From: Candidatus Poribacteria bacterium
GTDB lineage: Bacteria > Poribacteria > WGA-4E > PCPOR2b
Length of the DNA: 64,000 nucleotides
Direction: 5' to 3'
NCBI GenBank assembly: GCA_965215015.1
Contig: OZ244042.1
Coordinates: 2,528,001 to 2,592,000 of the forward strand
Shown here: positions 8,820-18,324 of the stretch, piece after piece
Numbering within the stretch: the stretch's first letter is position 1
Layout: each line of letters starts with the position of its first letter
The notes under the pieces: model-generated
Seen by the model: the letters and a program-made list of their open reading frames with translations, nothing else
What the model was told of the DNA's origin: nothing
Databases searched by the model: none
Translations under genes and position numbers: made by a program

Positions 8820-11186
8820 ATGCACAGTGGGGGATTTTCTAGACGGGACCTGCATCGAATGGCCCGCTCTGCCGGTAGAGGAAACACGACTAGGCGGCCC
8901 GATGTAGAAATGACAATTTTAGAGGAAGTTCCAACAGCACTCCAAGATCAGCTTGAACGTTTGCTAGATGGGGAAGAAGATATTAAAATTGCCGTCTCGA
9001 CTGACCTACAGTTTAACGGTACTTACGGGAAAGATTGGGTGTTAGCGACGGAAAAACGTCTACTCATTTTTAACCAAAACGGTGCACCCACACCCGAAGT
9101 CCAAAACATCGCGCTCGAAACCATTGACAAGATTGAAATACGAGAGCTGTATGGCAATAACTTCATGAAGGTACGAACGTCAGATGGCGCATTTGAAATT
9201 GCGCGCTACTCGAAGCGGTTCGCCCCCAAGTTTGCCGAAGCAACACCAGAAATTGAATCTTTAATTGATAAGGTCAAGCCGGAGGGGACAGACAAATCTA
9301 AGCGGCATCGGAAGTATGTCGATCCTGGAAAAAAGAAAATTCGATGTGAAACCTGTGGACGTCCGATCCCGCGGTGGTCTGATGTCTGTCCGAACTGCGT
9401 TGAAAAAGGGAAGCTAATCTTCCGCCTACTAAAATACGCACTCCCATTTTGGCGTGTTTCTGTGCCGGCACTACTGATCGTGCTAGTTATACGATTGGTA
9501 GACCTCTATCCCCCTATTCTAAGTAAGCAGCTTATTGATGACATCCTTGTTCCTGCAACATTGGCGATAACAGGAGGACAGCCAATTGAACCGGGCGCAT
9601 TTGGCCAACTTGTAACAATTGTGCTTTGGATGGTCGGAGCGCACGTTTTCACGGCAGTTTTCTCAGCAGTTCGAGGGTACATGATGACGTGGGTCGGTCA
9701 GCATATCACCCTGAGATTGCGGAATGATGCCTATCAGCATATGAGTATCCTCTCGCTCGATTTCTATGATGGTCGGGAGACGGGAAATCTGATGTCGCGT
9801 ATTACTCAGGATATAGGGCGGCTGCGAGACTTCATCGCTGAGGGATTACAGGATATCGTCGGCGATTCAATGACGCTAATCTATATGTGCATTATTATGT
9901 TTGTTATTAACTGGCAGCTGGCACTCTGGGTATTGCTTCCGATTCCCTTTATTGTTCTTTTTTCATTTTATTTTGGACACAAGATGCACAAGGTTTTCCA
10001 CGTCCTGTGGAAGCGTTACGCTGGGATTAGCACAATTTTGGCCAGTACGATTCCGGGAATACGGGTTGTTAAGGCGTTTACCCGTGAGAAATACGAAGTT
10101 GAGCGTTTTCAAGAACAGGCCCATCTGGTTTTTGCAGGGGAGATGAGTGCCGCCAAACTATGGACAACTTATCAGCCAATCATGACTTTCATGACCTATT
10201 GCGGAACCATTTTTATCTGGTTAATTGGAGGACGGCAGATTCTCAACGGAAGCTTAACGCTCGGTGAGCTCACGTTATTCATGATCTATATGACGCGGTT
10301 TTTGCAGCCCGTACGAACGCTTGCTCAGATGAACCGTCGATTCCTGAGGGCCGCGACTTCTGCCGAACGGGTCTTTGAAATCCTTGATACGCCTCCTAGT
10401 GTGGCAAGTCGTAAAGATGCTGTTGGCCTTCCGAATATGCGAGGGCAGGTTGAATTTCGTGATGTCTTTTTCTCTTACGATAGTGAGAAAAATGCTATCA
10501 ATGGCATCAGCTTTACCGTCGAGCCGGGAGAGATGATCGGGCTTGTCGGACATAGCGGTGCAGGCAAGAGCACCCTCATCAATTTAGTCACCCGATTCTA
10601 CGATCCCAACGACGGGGACATTCTCATCGACGGGCATGATAGCCGCGATATTGAACTCAAGTCTTTACGAGGACAAATTGGGGTAGTGTTGCAGGATCCA
10701 TTCCTGTTTGAAGGCACCGTCGCCGATAACATCGGCTATGGAAAGCCGGAGGCAACGCGTCAGGAAATTATCGCGGCGGCTAAAGCCGCAAACGCTCACG
10801 ACTTTATTGTTAAATTTCCCGATGGTTACGACACGATGGTCGGTGAAAGGGGGGTGCGCGTCTCTGGCGGAGAACGTCAGCGGATCTCCATCGCTCGCGC
10901 CATCCTTAAAAATCCGCGCATTCTCATCCTCGACGAAGCGACTTCGTCTGTTGATACGGAGACCGAGTCAAGAATCCAAGAGGCGTTGGGACGGTTGATT
11001 CAAGGACGGACGGTCTTCGCAATCGCACACCGCCTCTCGACACTTAAACATGCCAATCGTTTGGTCGTCCTCAAAGAGGGGCAAGTTGATGAGATTGGGA
11101 CACACGAAGAACTCATTGCCAAAGGTGGTACTTATGCCAACCTATGTGAAAAGCAGACAGAGCTCTCGAAGATTCGGGCGTGGTAG
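8820..11186 (+). CDS. Fused permease/ATPase ABC exporter with long N-terminal extension and Zn-ribbon
   Basis: GHSGAGKST, VSGGERQR, ILDEATSS, AHRLST; CETC...CPNC; AAGGAGG RBS before ATG 8820. Confidence 0.93.
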   Translation: MHSGGFSRRDLHRMARSAGRGNTTRRPDVEMTILEEVPTALQDQLERLLDGEEDIKIAVSTDLQFNGTYGKDWVLATEKRLLIFNQNGAPTPEVQNIALETIDKIEIRELYGNNFMKVRTSDGAFEIARYSKRFAPKFAEATPEIESLIDKVKPEGTDKSKRHRKYVDPGKKKIRCETCGRPIPRWSDVCPNCVEKGKLIFRLLKYALPFWRVSVPALLIVLVIRLVDLYPPILSKQLIDDILVPATLAITGGQPIEPGAFGQLVTIVLWMVGAHVFTAVFSAVRGYMMTWVGQHITLRLRNDAYQHMSILSLDFYDGRETGNLMSRITQDIGRLRDFIAEGLQDIVGDSMTLIYMCIIMFVINWQLALWVLLPIPFIVLFSFYFGHKMHKVFHVLWKRYAGISTILASTIPGIRVVKAFTREKYEVERFQEQAHLVFAGEMSAAKLWTTYQPIMTFMTYCGTIFIWLIGGRQILNGSLTLGELTLFMIYMTRFLQPVRTLAQMNRRFLRAATSAERVFEILDTPPSVASRKDAVGLPNMRGQVEFRDVFFSYDSEKNAINGISFTVEPGEMIGLVGHSGAGKSTLINLVTRFYDPNDGDILIDGHDSRDIELKSLRGQIGVVLQDPFLFEGTVADNIGYGKPEATRQEIIAAAKAANAHDFIVKFPDGYDTMVGERGVRVSGGERQRISIARAILKNPRILILDEATSSVDTETESRIQEALGRLIQGRTVFAIAHRLSTLKHANRLVVLKEGQVDEIGTHEELIAKGGTYANLCEKQTELSKIRAW

Positions 11187-11220
11187 AAATGAAGTGTGAA
11201 AGGAGAAAGGAGTAGATACA

Positions 11221-11730
11221 GTGGAACAACCCATTCGGATTGAAGATGAGGTCCAATTTCTTGATTCCAAACGCTTGAAAATTAGTCGCAATCAGTTTGC
11301 AGAGATGGAAGCAGAACTACCAGATGGTTCAGTTCACGCGCCTGTTGAGCCGGTGCGCACGTTTCCACTGACCCAACCGGATCAATATATCAGTTTACTC
11401 GACGCCCACAAAAACGAGCTTGGCTTAATTGAAGACATAAATCAGTTGCAAAAAGCGGATCGGACGGTCCTCGCGGAAGAGTTGGAAAAATGTTACTTTG
11501 TGCCGCAGATTACGAAGATTCACGCCCTTGAGGGGCGGTTCGGTGTCACCCAGTGGGAAGTTGAAACCGGCAGCGGTGCCGTTTCTTTTGATCTACGCTC
11601 TCGACATGACATCACCTCACTCAGTGGCGGACGGGTGCTGATTAGGGATATTGATGGAAATCGTTACGAGATTGTCAACTATCATCAGCTAGATCCAAAG
11701 AGCATAGCCCTCCTTGAAACACAGATTTGA
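11221..11730 (+). CDS. DUF1854 domain protein
   Basis: PVRTFPLT..ISL, EELEKCYFVPQI, WEVET, DIDGNRYEI; usual position after this ABC type. Confidence 0.85.
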   Translation: MEQPIRIEDEVQFLDSKRLKISRNQFAEMEAELPDGSVHAPVEPVRTFPLTQPDQYISLLDAHKNELGLIEDINQLQKADRTVLAEELEKCYFVPQITKIHALEGRFGVTQWEVETGSGAVSFDLRSRHDITSLSGGRVLIRDIDGNRYEIVNYHQLDPKSIALLETQI

Positions 11731-11785
11731 TATGTGAAACGGAAAAGCAACATACGTTTTAGGTAAGGACTACTTTGAATCACCA

Positions 11786-12337
11786 ATGGACCGAGCGACA
11801 ATTGCACTCATTCTCAGTGTCATCGCTGTTATACTTGCTACCTCTAAATGGATCTATGACCTCCATGCGGATCGCGCCGACAGGCGAATTCACGGTCGAA
11901 GGGGACGGGGAAGCCGTCTCAGAGTCGAGCTGCTAACAGAACAGACAAACTGCTTTATTACGCGAGGCGGACATCTGTTGTTTCTCGTTTCATGTCGGAT
12001 CTATAACGCAGGTGATCAAGCCCCTGTTGCAATTCAAACGTGCCAGTTGCAAGCGAAGATTGGGCACAGGTGGCAAAATACGGAGTTATACCAAGTCCCT
12101 CACGCGGTGCTCTTTCCAAGTTTACTCCGCAACAGTCTCCCTATCCTCCTCAAACCAGAGGAACGGCAAGACTTCTATGAAGTTTTTGCACTTGATATGC
12201 TGATTCCAAATACCACAATTAAAATCCGCCTCAAATTCCAAAGCGGCGGCAAAAAAATAACACTGTATCGGGATAAATTCAGCCATCGCGTTGATGAACA
12301 CCCGGTTTTTGATATTCTGTTCCGTGTCTTTGAATAG
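11786..12337 (+). CDS. Hypothetical membrane-anchored protein
   Basis: 183-aa ORF, N-terminal TM helix, co-oriented. Confidence 0.7.
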   Translation: MDRATIALILSVIAVILATSKWIYDLHADRADRRIHGRRGRGSRLRVELLTEQTNCFITRGGHLLFLVSCRIYNAGDQAPVAIQTCQLQAKIGHRWQNTELYQVPHAVLFPSLLRNSLPILLKPEERQDFYEVFALDMLIPNTTIKIRLKFQSGGKKITLYRDKFSHRVDEHPVFDILFRVFE

Positions 12338-12419
12338 GGGAGATATTGCTATACGTTAGCGGAGAGAACTATCTACTTGGACAAAAAATTATACAAAAAT
12401 ATTTTTTGAGGGTACATTT

Positions 12420-13841
12420 ATGAACCGCAACACGCGCATTGCTATTTGGATTGGAATTGTATCATTGATTTGTGTTTCGGTAACTGATGGGCAGGTTGGG
12501 CAAAGTGAAAATGCAGGCGGACCGGTGCTGTCATACGGGGGACCACCGGATCCAGAAGAAATGTTTTTAAGGAAAGGAGAGCTTTCGGGACTGGGATTCA
12601 CCTTCATCAATGGTGAACCGTTCTTGCGGTTTCAGTTGCAACCGGAGGTAGATCTCGGTAAAGTCGGCTTTGGACTCGGTCTTGTGCTACTTTACAGCTC
12701 CTCTGCTGATGATGAGCACACAATCCTCGCCGAGGATGGGGAGACGTGGGATGATATAAGTACCATCCTGCGGGTCGTGCGCTATGTGCGCTATGGCCAT
12801 CTCAGTGAGTCGTTTTATACCCGTTTCGGTGCGTTAGACTACACCACTATCGGTCACGGGTTCATTATGTCGGGGTATTCAAACTATGATCGCCGAGGCT
12901 TGCGCCTAAACCTCAGTACGGAGACGAAAAAGATTGGGATTGAAACAGTCATCAACAACGTTGGTGCCCCAACCGTTTTCGGCGGGCGGCTGTTTGTTCG
13001 TCCTTTGCAACAAGAGGAGGGGGGTATACCCCTCCTCAACAGTCTTGAATTTGGCACAACCTATCTAACGGACATTGAACCCGATCCGAATCTGATTTCG
13101 GACGGCGATCCGCTTATCGCATTGGGAGTCGATGTGGGTTTCCCGCTTATTCACAACAAGTCGTTGCGCTTGGATATATACGATGATGTAGCTTTCTTGA
13201 ACACGAAACCGGAAACGAAAACGGAGGAAATTGATGAGATAAACGATGTTGCAATGGGAAATGCTATCGGAATCGGTGTGTCACTTTCCCAAGCCCTTTT
13301 TAAAGTGGAGTACCGCACTTTTAGCGAACGATTTTACCCAACCATTTTTGACTACACCTACGATGCTGCTAAAGATGTCGGTCCTGACTTTTTAGGGATG
13401 GATGAGGATGACAATGAAGCTCAGGCGAGACGAGGTTACTTCTCAATGATTGCTGTGAGACCAATTCCACAGGTCAATTTCATAGCGACTTTTGAGGACT
13501 ATACCAACACGGAGCCAAAGTTATACGCCGGTATCACAGAATCCGGTATAGCTCAACGAACATCGTTCCGGGCATTCTATGTCAAGCGCAACATCGGCGA
13601 GCCAGATCCCGATTTTCCTGAAAAAGCAGGCAGTGAAGATCCGGACTTTTTCGAGGACCTCTTCCGTCTCGATAGTAAATCCATGTTCATCGTGCGAATC
13701 GGATATGAGATCTTTCCGAGGTTTGAGGTCGCCATTCTCCGTGAATATCGTTTCCAGCGGGCTGAAGATGCGGCAGGTAAGACACGCTTTGAGCCAATTC
13801 AGAAAACCTCGGTTGAAGCCGGTTTCAGGCTCAATTTCTGA
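12420..13841 (+). CDS. Putative outer-membrane beta-barrel protein
   Basis: Signal peptide, amphipathic strands, C-terminal AGFRLNF. Confidence 0.75.
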   Translation: MNRNTRIAIWIGIVSLICVSVTDGQVGQSENAGGPVLSYGGPPDPEEMFLRKGELSGLGFTFINGEPFLRFQLQPEVDLGKVGFGLGLVLLYSSSADDEHTILAEDGETWDDISTILRVVRYVRYGHLSESFYTRFGALDYTTIGHGFIMSGYSNYDRRGLRLNLSTETKKIGIETVINNVGAPTVFGGRLFVRPLQQEEGGIPLLNSLEFGTTYLTDIEPDPNLISDGDPLIALGVDVGFPLIHNKSLRLDIYDDVAFLNTKPETKTEEIDEINDVAMGNAIGIGVSLSQALFKVEYRTFSERFYPTIFDYTYDAAKDVGPDFLGMDEDDNEAQARRGYFSMIAVRPIPQVNFIATFEDYTNTEPKLYAGITESGIAQRTSFRAFYVKRNIGEPDPDFPEKAGSEDPDFFEDLFRLDSKSMFIVRIGYEIFPRFEVAILREYRFQRAEDAAGKTRFEPIQKTSVEAGFRLNF

Positions 13842-13846
13842 TTAGG

Positions 13847-14944
13847 CTAGTCAATCTCCCGCAAGTCAGGCACTACAGCGGGCTTCCCACCATTCGCAAT
13901 TGACTCCTCAGACACCAGTCCCGGCAACGTGAAATCCATAGCATCATAAACGTCAATTGGCGGCTTGGTGTCGTTGATGATACTATCGACAAAGCCGCGC
14001 ATCTCGAAATACTCCTCGGTTACATCTCCAGCCTTTACCGCTTCCTCCGGCGGATTTCTCCAACTTTCTGGCAGAAAATCATCCTCGAAGTCTGCGAGCG
14101 GTTGCCACGCGCCCTGTCGATGGTAATCTGCCAACCAAACCTTCTCCACATCTCCCAATCCCCGCGTACCTTCGTAACAACCCTTCGTCCCTTGCAAACT
14201 TAAGTATGAATTCGCCGGACGATTAGAGAGCATATCAATCCGGATCTTAATCAGAGCACCACTTTCGGTCTTGCACAACATCATTACTGTGTCTTCCATA
14301 GCGTGTTCCGGGTCGGTATGCACACCAGTTCCAAGACAACACACCGAAACAACCCGTTCATCAAACCAGTGCATCACCGGACCGAGGCTATGCGTTGCAT
14401 AGTTACATCGGTTTATTCCGACCTGCCAATAGTATCGCCAAGTTGGATTGCCCCTGCTGTCATGATGCAACACTTTGATGTCATGGAGATATTCGCCCTC
14501 GCCAAAGTAAATGTCTCCGAACAAGCCTTGACGCACCATGTTTCCAATCAGCATATTTGACCGCGTATAGCACTTATTTTCCGCCATCATATACTTCGCT
14601 TTGCTTTTTCTTACCGCTCTGACTAACTCGTAGCACTGTTCAAGGGAGGTTGCTGCTGTTACCTCACTGATCACATGCTTTCCTGCCCCCAGTGCCGAAA
14701 TAGACTGCGGCACATGCAGATTTTCGGGTGTTCCCAGCACAACGATATCAATATCAGCCGCGAGCATATCTTCGTAGTCTGTGAACCGTTTTGGGATACC
14801 AAATCGCTCTCCGACCTCATGGAGGGTATCTTCGTTCAGATCGCAGATTGCGGTCACCTCTGTTTCTGTTATAGTTGTGAAGGGACGGATATGTCCGGCT
14901 CCTCTGCGGGCTCCAACAATGCCAACTCTTAATCGATCCTTCAT
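13847..14944 (-). CDS. Gfo/Idh/MocA family oxidoreductase
   Basis: VGIVGARRG, HVISEV, YATHSLGP. Confidence 0.92.
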   Translation of the reverse strand: MKDRLRVGIVGARRGAGHIRPFTTITETEVTAICDLNEDTLHEVGERFGIPKRFTDYEDMLAADIDIVVLGTPENLHVPQSISALGAGKHVISEVTAATSLEQCYELVRAVRKSKAKYMMAENKCYTRSNMLIGNMVRQGLFGDIYFGEGEYLHDIKVLHHDSRGNPTWRYYWQVGINRCNYATHSLGPVMHWFDERVVSVCCLGTGVHTDPEHAMEDTVMMLCKTESGALIKIRIDMLSNRPANSYLSLQGTKGCYEGTRGLGDVEKVWLADYHRQGAWQPLADFEDDFLPESWRNPPEEAVKAGDVTEEYFEMRGFVDSIINDTKPPIDVYDAMDFTLPGLVSEESIANGGKPAVVPDLREID

Positions 14945-15123
14945 CTGCAGCTCCCTTTTTTCTGTGAGAGTATTTATGGCTCAAGTACTTTGGTACATCA
15001 CACAGAGATTTTACTTCATTTTCAGCAATTGTGCAATCGTATAGTTTTGGAGCCGAGCTGTTTAATTCTTTTAGGAGTTATACAGTTGAACGTTCAACCC
15101 CCCGTCCCGAAGGGCTTCAACTT

Positions 15124-15185
15124 GTAGTCCGGCGATTCATCACTGCTGAACACCGTTGCCAACGCCCGATGAATCGGGCAACTAC
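15124..15185. repeat. REPIN-like inverted REP doublet (GTAG...CTAC)
   Basis: GTAGTCCGGCGATTCATC...GCCCGATGAATCGGGCAACTAC. Confidence 0.65.
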
Positions 15186-15348
15186 AGCAAGGACGCCATC
15201 GAGAAGTTCCGTGGGTCACACTAATCGGTGTGACCCACTAATGAAGTGCATAAGTCCTACTTTTTAATTAGATCTGCCTCCTGACGCTATATCAGAAGGC
15301 AGATCTCTTCGGTCCCATAAAGCGAAACCTTGTAAATTTCAACAAGCA

Positions 15349-16236
15349 TTACTCTTTTCTGGCTAGCTTGATCACCGTAGGTTGAGAGATGTCATCTATC
15401 GCAGCTAACGCTCGCGCAGCATGCAAACGAGCTCCAGCCACTTTACAACGCAACACCTCCCTCAAGATGCGAATTGCCATGTCTTGTTTAGTGTTGTCAA
15501 TTTGAGCCAGCGCATAAGCGGCATTGGCACGTACCCACGGCGACGCATCACTTAATGCGTTTATCAACGCAGCAGCAACACCTTGAGCCGGTACGCCAAT
15601 CTGCCCCAACGCTTTTGCTGCAACACCCCGAAGGGTCACCTGTTGATGACTCAGTGCTTGTGCCAGTCCAGGAATAGCTGCCTCAGCCGGCTCGCCAATC
15701 TGGCCCAGCATTGAAGCCGCCCAGATACGAACATTGGTATGTTCGTCGCTCAACCCTTGAATTAAGGCAAGCACAACTACTTGAGACGCAGAATCAATCT
15801 TGCCCAATGCCGAAGCAGCGTTTTGACGGACTTCCCATCGCTCATCGCTCAATGCCTGTACCAACGCGGGTACCGCATCAGGCTCACCAATTCGCCCCAA
15901 GGCATAAGCCGCTGTGGAACGAATAACAGCATCGTTGCTCTTCAGTGATTGTACCAGTTTAGGCACAGTGGGGGAACCTATCCGAACTAAAGCGGAGGCA
16001 GCCGCAGCCCGAACCTCGCCGTGCTCATCGTTCAATGCCTGAACCAATACTGTGATAGAAGTTGGATCGCCAATCTGCCCTAACGCATGGGCGGCTTTGC
16101 GACGAACCTCAACTATCTCTTCTTTGTTCTGCAACTGTTCAATAAAAGAGTCTATCTCCTGTCCTTCAGCTGCGACTCCAGTAGTTATCGCGCTGATAAT
16201 TCCCCAAAAAATCAGACTAACCCTACAATATCTCAT
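15349..16236 (-). CDS. Exported HEAT/PBS-lyase repeat protein
   Basis: Repeated VRxxAAxALGxIG...LxxALSD units; signal peptide. Confidence 0.92.
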   Translation of the reverse strand: MRYCRVSLIFWGIISAITTGVAAEGQEIDSFIEQLQNKEEIVEVRRKAAHALGQIGDPTSITVLVQALNDEHGEVRAAAASALVRIGSPTVPKLVQSLKSNDAVIRSTAAYALGRIGEPDAVPALVQALSDERWEVRQNAASALGKIDSASQVVVLALIQGLSDEHTNVRIWAASMLGQIGEPAEAAIPGLAQALSHQQVTLRGVAAKALGQIGVPAQGVAAALINALSDASPWVRANAAYALAQIDNTKQDMAIRILREVLRCKVAGARLHAARALAAIDDISQPTVIKLARKE

Positions 16237-16531
16237 GATCCATCCTCCTATTCAGATGTACGTTAAAATCAAATGGTAATTCACCGTCGAGGAATAAGAA
16301 TTTAATCGCTCGTACATTTCAACCAATCCCTTCTCACAATTTACCCCCTTACAAGGATGCTTCCCTTTTTCAAGATGAAATCGGAGAGTTAGAAGGATTG
16401 AATGACTGAGATTGAATTACCAATCCCTAAATAACCCCCTGTGCCCATTTTTCTTCAAAGTATCTTCATCTTCAGAGGGTTGTCGAATCGAAATGTTCAC
16501 GGTAAGGAAAATTTTGTTTTCTTTGTCGTGA

Positions 16532-16560
16532 ATTATACCACACAAATATGAAGTGGTCAA
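16532..16560 (-). promoter_or_regulatory. Near-consensus sigma70 promoter, ~290 nt upstream of the HEAT gene
   Basis: TTGACC-17-TATAAT with TG extension. Confidence 0.7.
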
Positions 16561-16628
16561 GTTAAAATTACGAATCTGTGGGAAAACAAACCTTCCCATC
16601 AAGATTGATAATTGTGATATAATATCAA

Positions 16629-16730
16629 GGGCGTGGTGTTGTTGGGACGGTAGGAGGCGTAGCTGGTCGGAGGGAAGAGCGGACTATCCTTCCCTCCTTC
16701 CGGCGGTTTCTGCTTGGAGGGATTCTCGCC
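16629..16730 (+). ncRNA. Candidate orphan structured RNA
   Basis: Extended -10 TGATATAAT at 16615-16623; long GU-containing hairpin; no credible plus-strand gene downstream. Confidence 0.35.
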
Positions 16731-16767
16731 AAACTTCTGTATTGTGGCAGCGAATAATAAAACCTTT

Positions 16768-17086
16768 GCTCATGTAAAGAAATCGTATAACAGCAATCGT
16801 CGGTGCTTGAATCTCCCGACTCGTCGAGGATTCTCGGCGTTTCTAAGTCCTGATGGGACTTGAAACGTCAGAACCGATTTATCGGGGGCGGGGTTTCCTC
16901 GTCCGAATATTTCGGGGGGTGGGCAGACTAGCGGGACAACCTCCCGATAGGATCGGGATTTAAATTGCTTTGAATCCTCAATGCTTCATCGGGGGCAACT
17001 TATGGTTGCCCGTCTTTAGTCTTGTTCTTTTATTTTGGGAGATTCAGTTAATTCGCGGCTGCTTTGCACTTTCTTTTTTTCTGCCC
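16768..17086. repeat. Composite cluster of REP-like hairpins between degenerate MITE-type ends
   Basis: GCTCATGTAAAGAAATCGT...TTTGCACTTTCTTTT enclosing GGGGCGGGGTTTCCTCGTCC, TCCCGATAGGATCGGGA, GGGCAACTTATGGTTGCCC. Confidence 0.5.
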
Positions 17087-17093
17087 TAAAATC

Positions 17094-18158
17094 TTATTCA
17101 TAAACAGTCGTTTCAGGATGGTAGCGCGCCCAAGCAAACCAGTAGATATTTATCGCCGGTAATCGTTCTAGCGTGTATCCTTTGAGTTTGCCTTCCGCTG
17201 CCATCCCTGTGATAAGGTTCCACGTTGTCCCCGTTGTGGCGTCTTTAACAAAGTAACCCCGCGCTGGGTTAAACCTCAATGTTTGCCCTTCCACAGCGCG
17301 GAGAAAAACAGCGGTCGCATTCGACTCCAAATCATGGAAAGCTAACACCGGCACGTCGCCCACTTTGTCGTTGATAATGGATTGCTTCTTAAAAGCTGTA
17401 AAGGGATAAGCTCGATAGCTTTCATTAATGTGGACGCCAACAACTAGTGCTTTATTCATCAAGCGGTTATCGATATACTGTGTGCCGCTGATACCTGCGT
17501 TGGAACTGGCATGATACGCGGCGTAGTTATTGGTTCTTATATCTTGAATTTGTCTCTCCGGGCGACGAAAATCATTGGGCACAGAGAGCACTTTTGTCAA
17601 TGGATGGTTACGTTTCCAATCCTTCCATGTGATTCGCGGTGTACCGGCTAACATCTTTAACTGTTTCCCCTTGAGTACACCTTGCACTGCTTCACCGGTG
17701 ATATGCGACCAGAGGGTCCGGGTTTGGTGGTCATACATAAGTAGTGCATCGCGAAAGAGTTTGCCGGATACACCAAACGTGTAGATTTTTCCATCAAGTT
17801 CACGACTATACACGATAGCCGTCTTGCAGAGCGGTCACCAAGTCGTCGCAATTTTGAGGCCGCCGATCTCATCGTTGACGATTTCGTGTCCGTTAAGTAG
17901 ATTGATTGAATAGGCGCGGCTTTCGCCGTTGAAATTAACGCCGATGACCGGTGAGTCAGCCGCCAATTTCGCTTTGTCGGCAGAGACAAATTCAGGATTT
18001 AGGATTGCGGGAATCGCATCATAAGGTAGGACTGTTAAGATACGGTCATCTGAATAATCTCTTGCCGATGCTATCGCATTAACCTCTCCCGAATATCGGG
18101 CACAACCGAACGGTATGAACGCTGCTGTTATCAACAGGAGGATTAGATTTTTTTTCAT
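17094..18158 (-). CDS. DUF3179 family selenoprotein (lipoprotein), Sec at TGA 17835-17837
   Basis: Track ORFs 17835-18158 and 17094-17813 are one frame: HEIVND...ATTW-TGA-PLCKTAIVY...FGVSGKL...YDHQTRTLWS...YWFAW; 354 aa on read-through; PFGC lipobox. Confidence 0.9.
17802..17822 (-). promoter_or_regulatory. Bacterial SECIS-like hairpin
   Basis: 12 nt after UGA: stem ACGGCUAU/AUAGUCGU, loop CGUGU. Confidence 0.7.
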
Positions 18159-18324
18159 TTTTTTCCCTTTATAATTTTAGCTGTAGGTACACTTTCTGAT
18201 AACATTCTTAAAAGAGATGGGAAGGATTTTAAATTATTGTGTTCAGAAAAGTATACCATATCGCTAGCAAGTATTCGTAATTTAACTCACGAATTGTTTA
18301 AATTCTACCCGGAGGTACAGCGTT

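Noticed and set aside
8633-8887. Short antisense or overlapping ORFs in the track (this one and most others under ~150 aa)
   Set aside because: They overlap well-supported genes or repeats, lack RBS and show no recognisable motifs
15090-15120. IS200/IS605 or IscB left end
   Set aside because: Only a weak resemblance (TCAACCCCCGTCCCGAAGGG); hairpin incomplete and no partner end nearby
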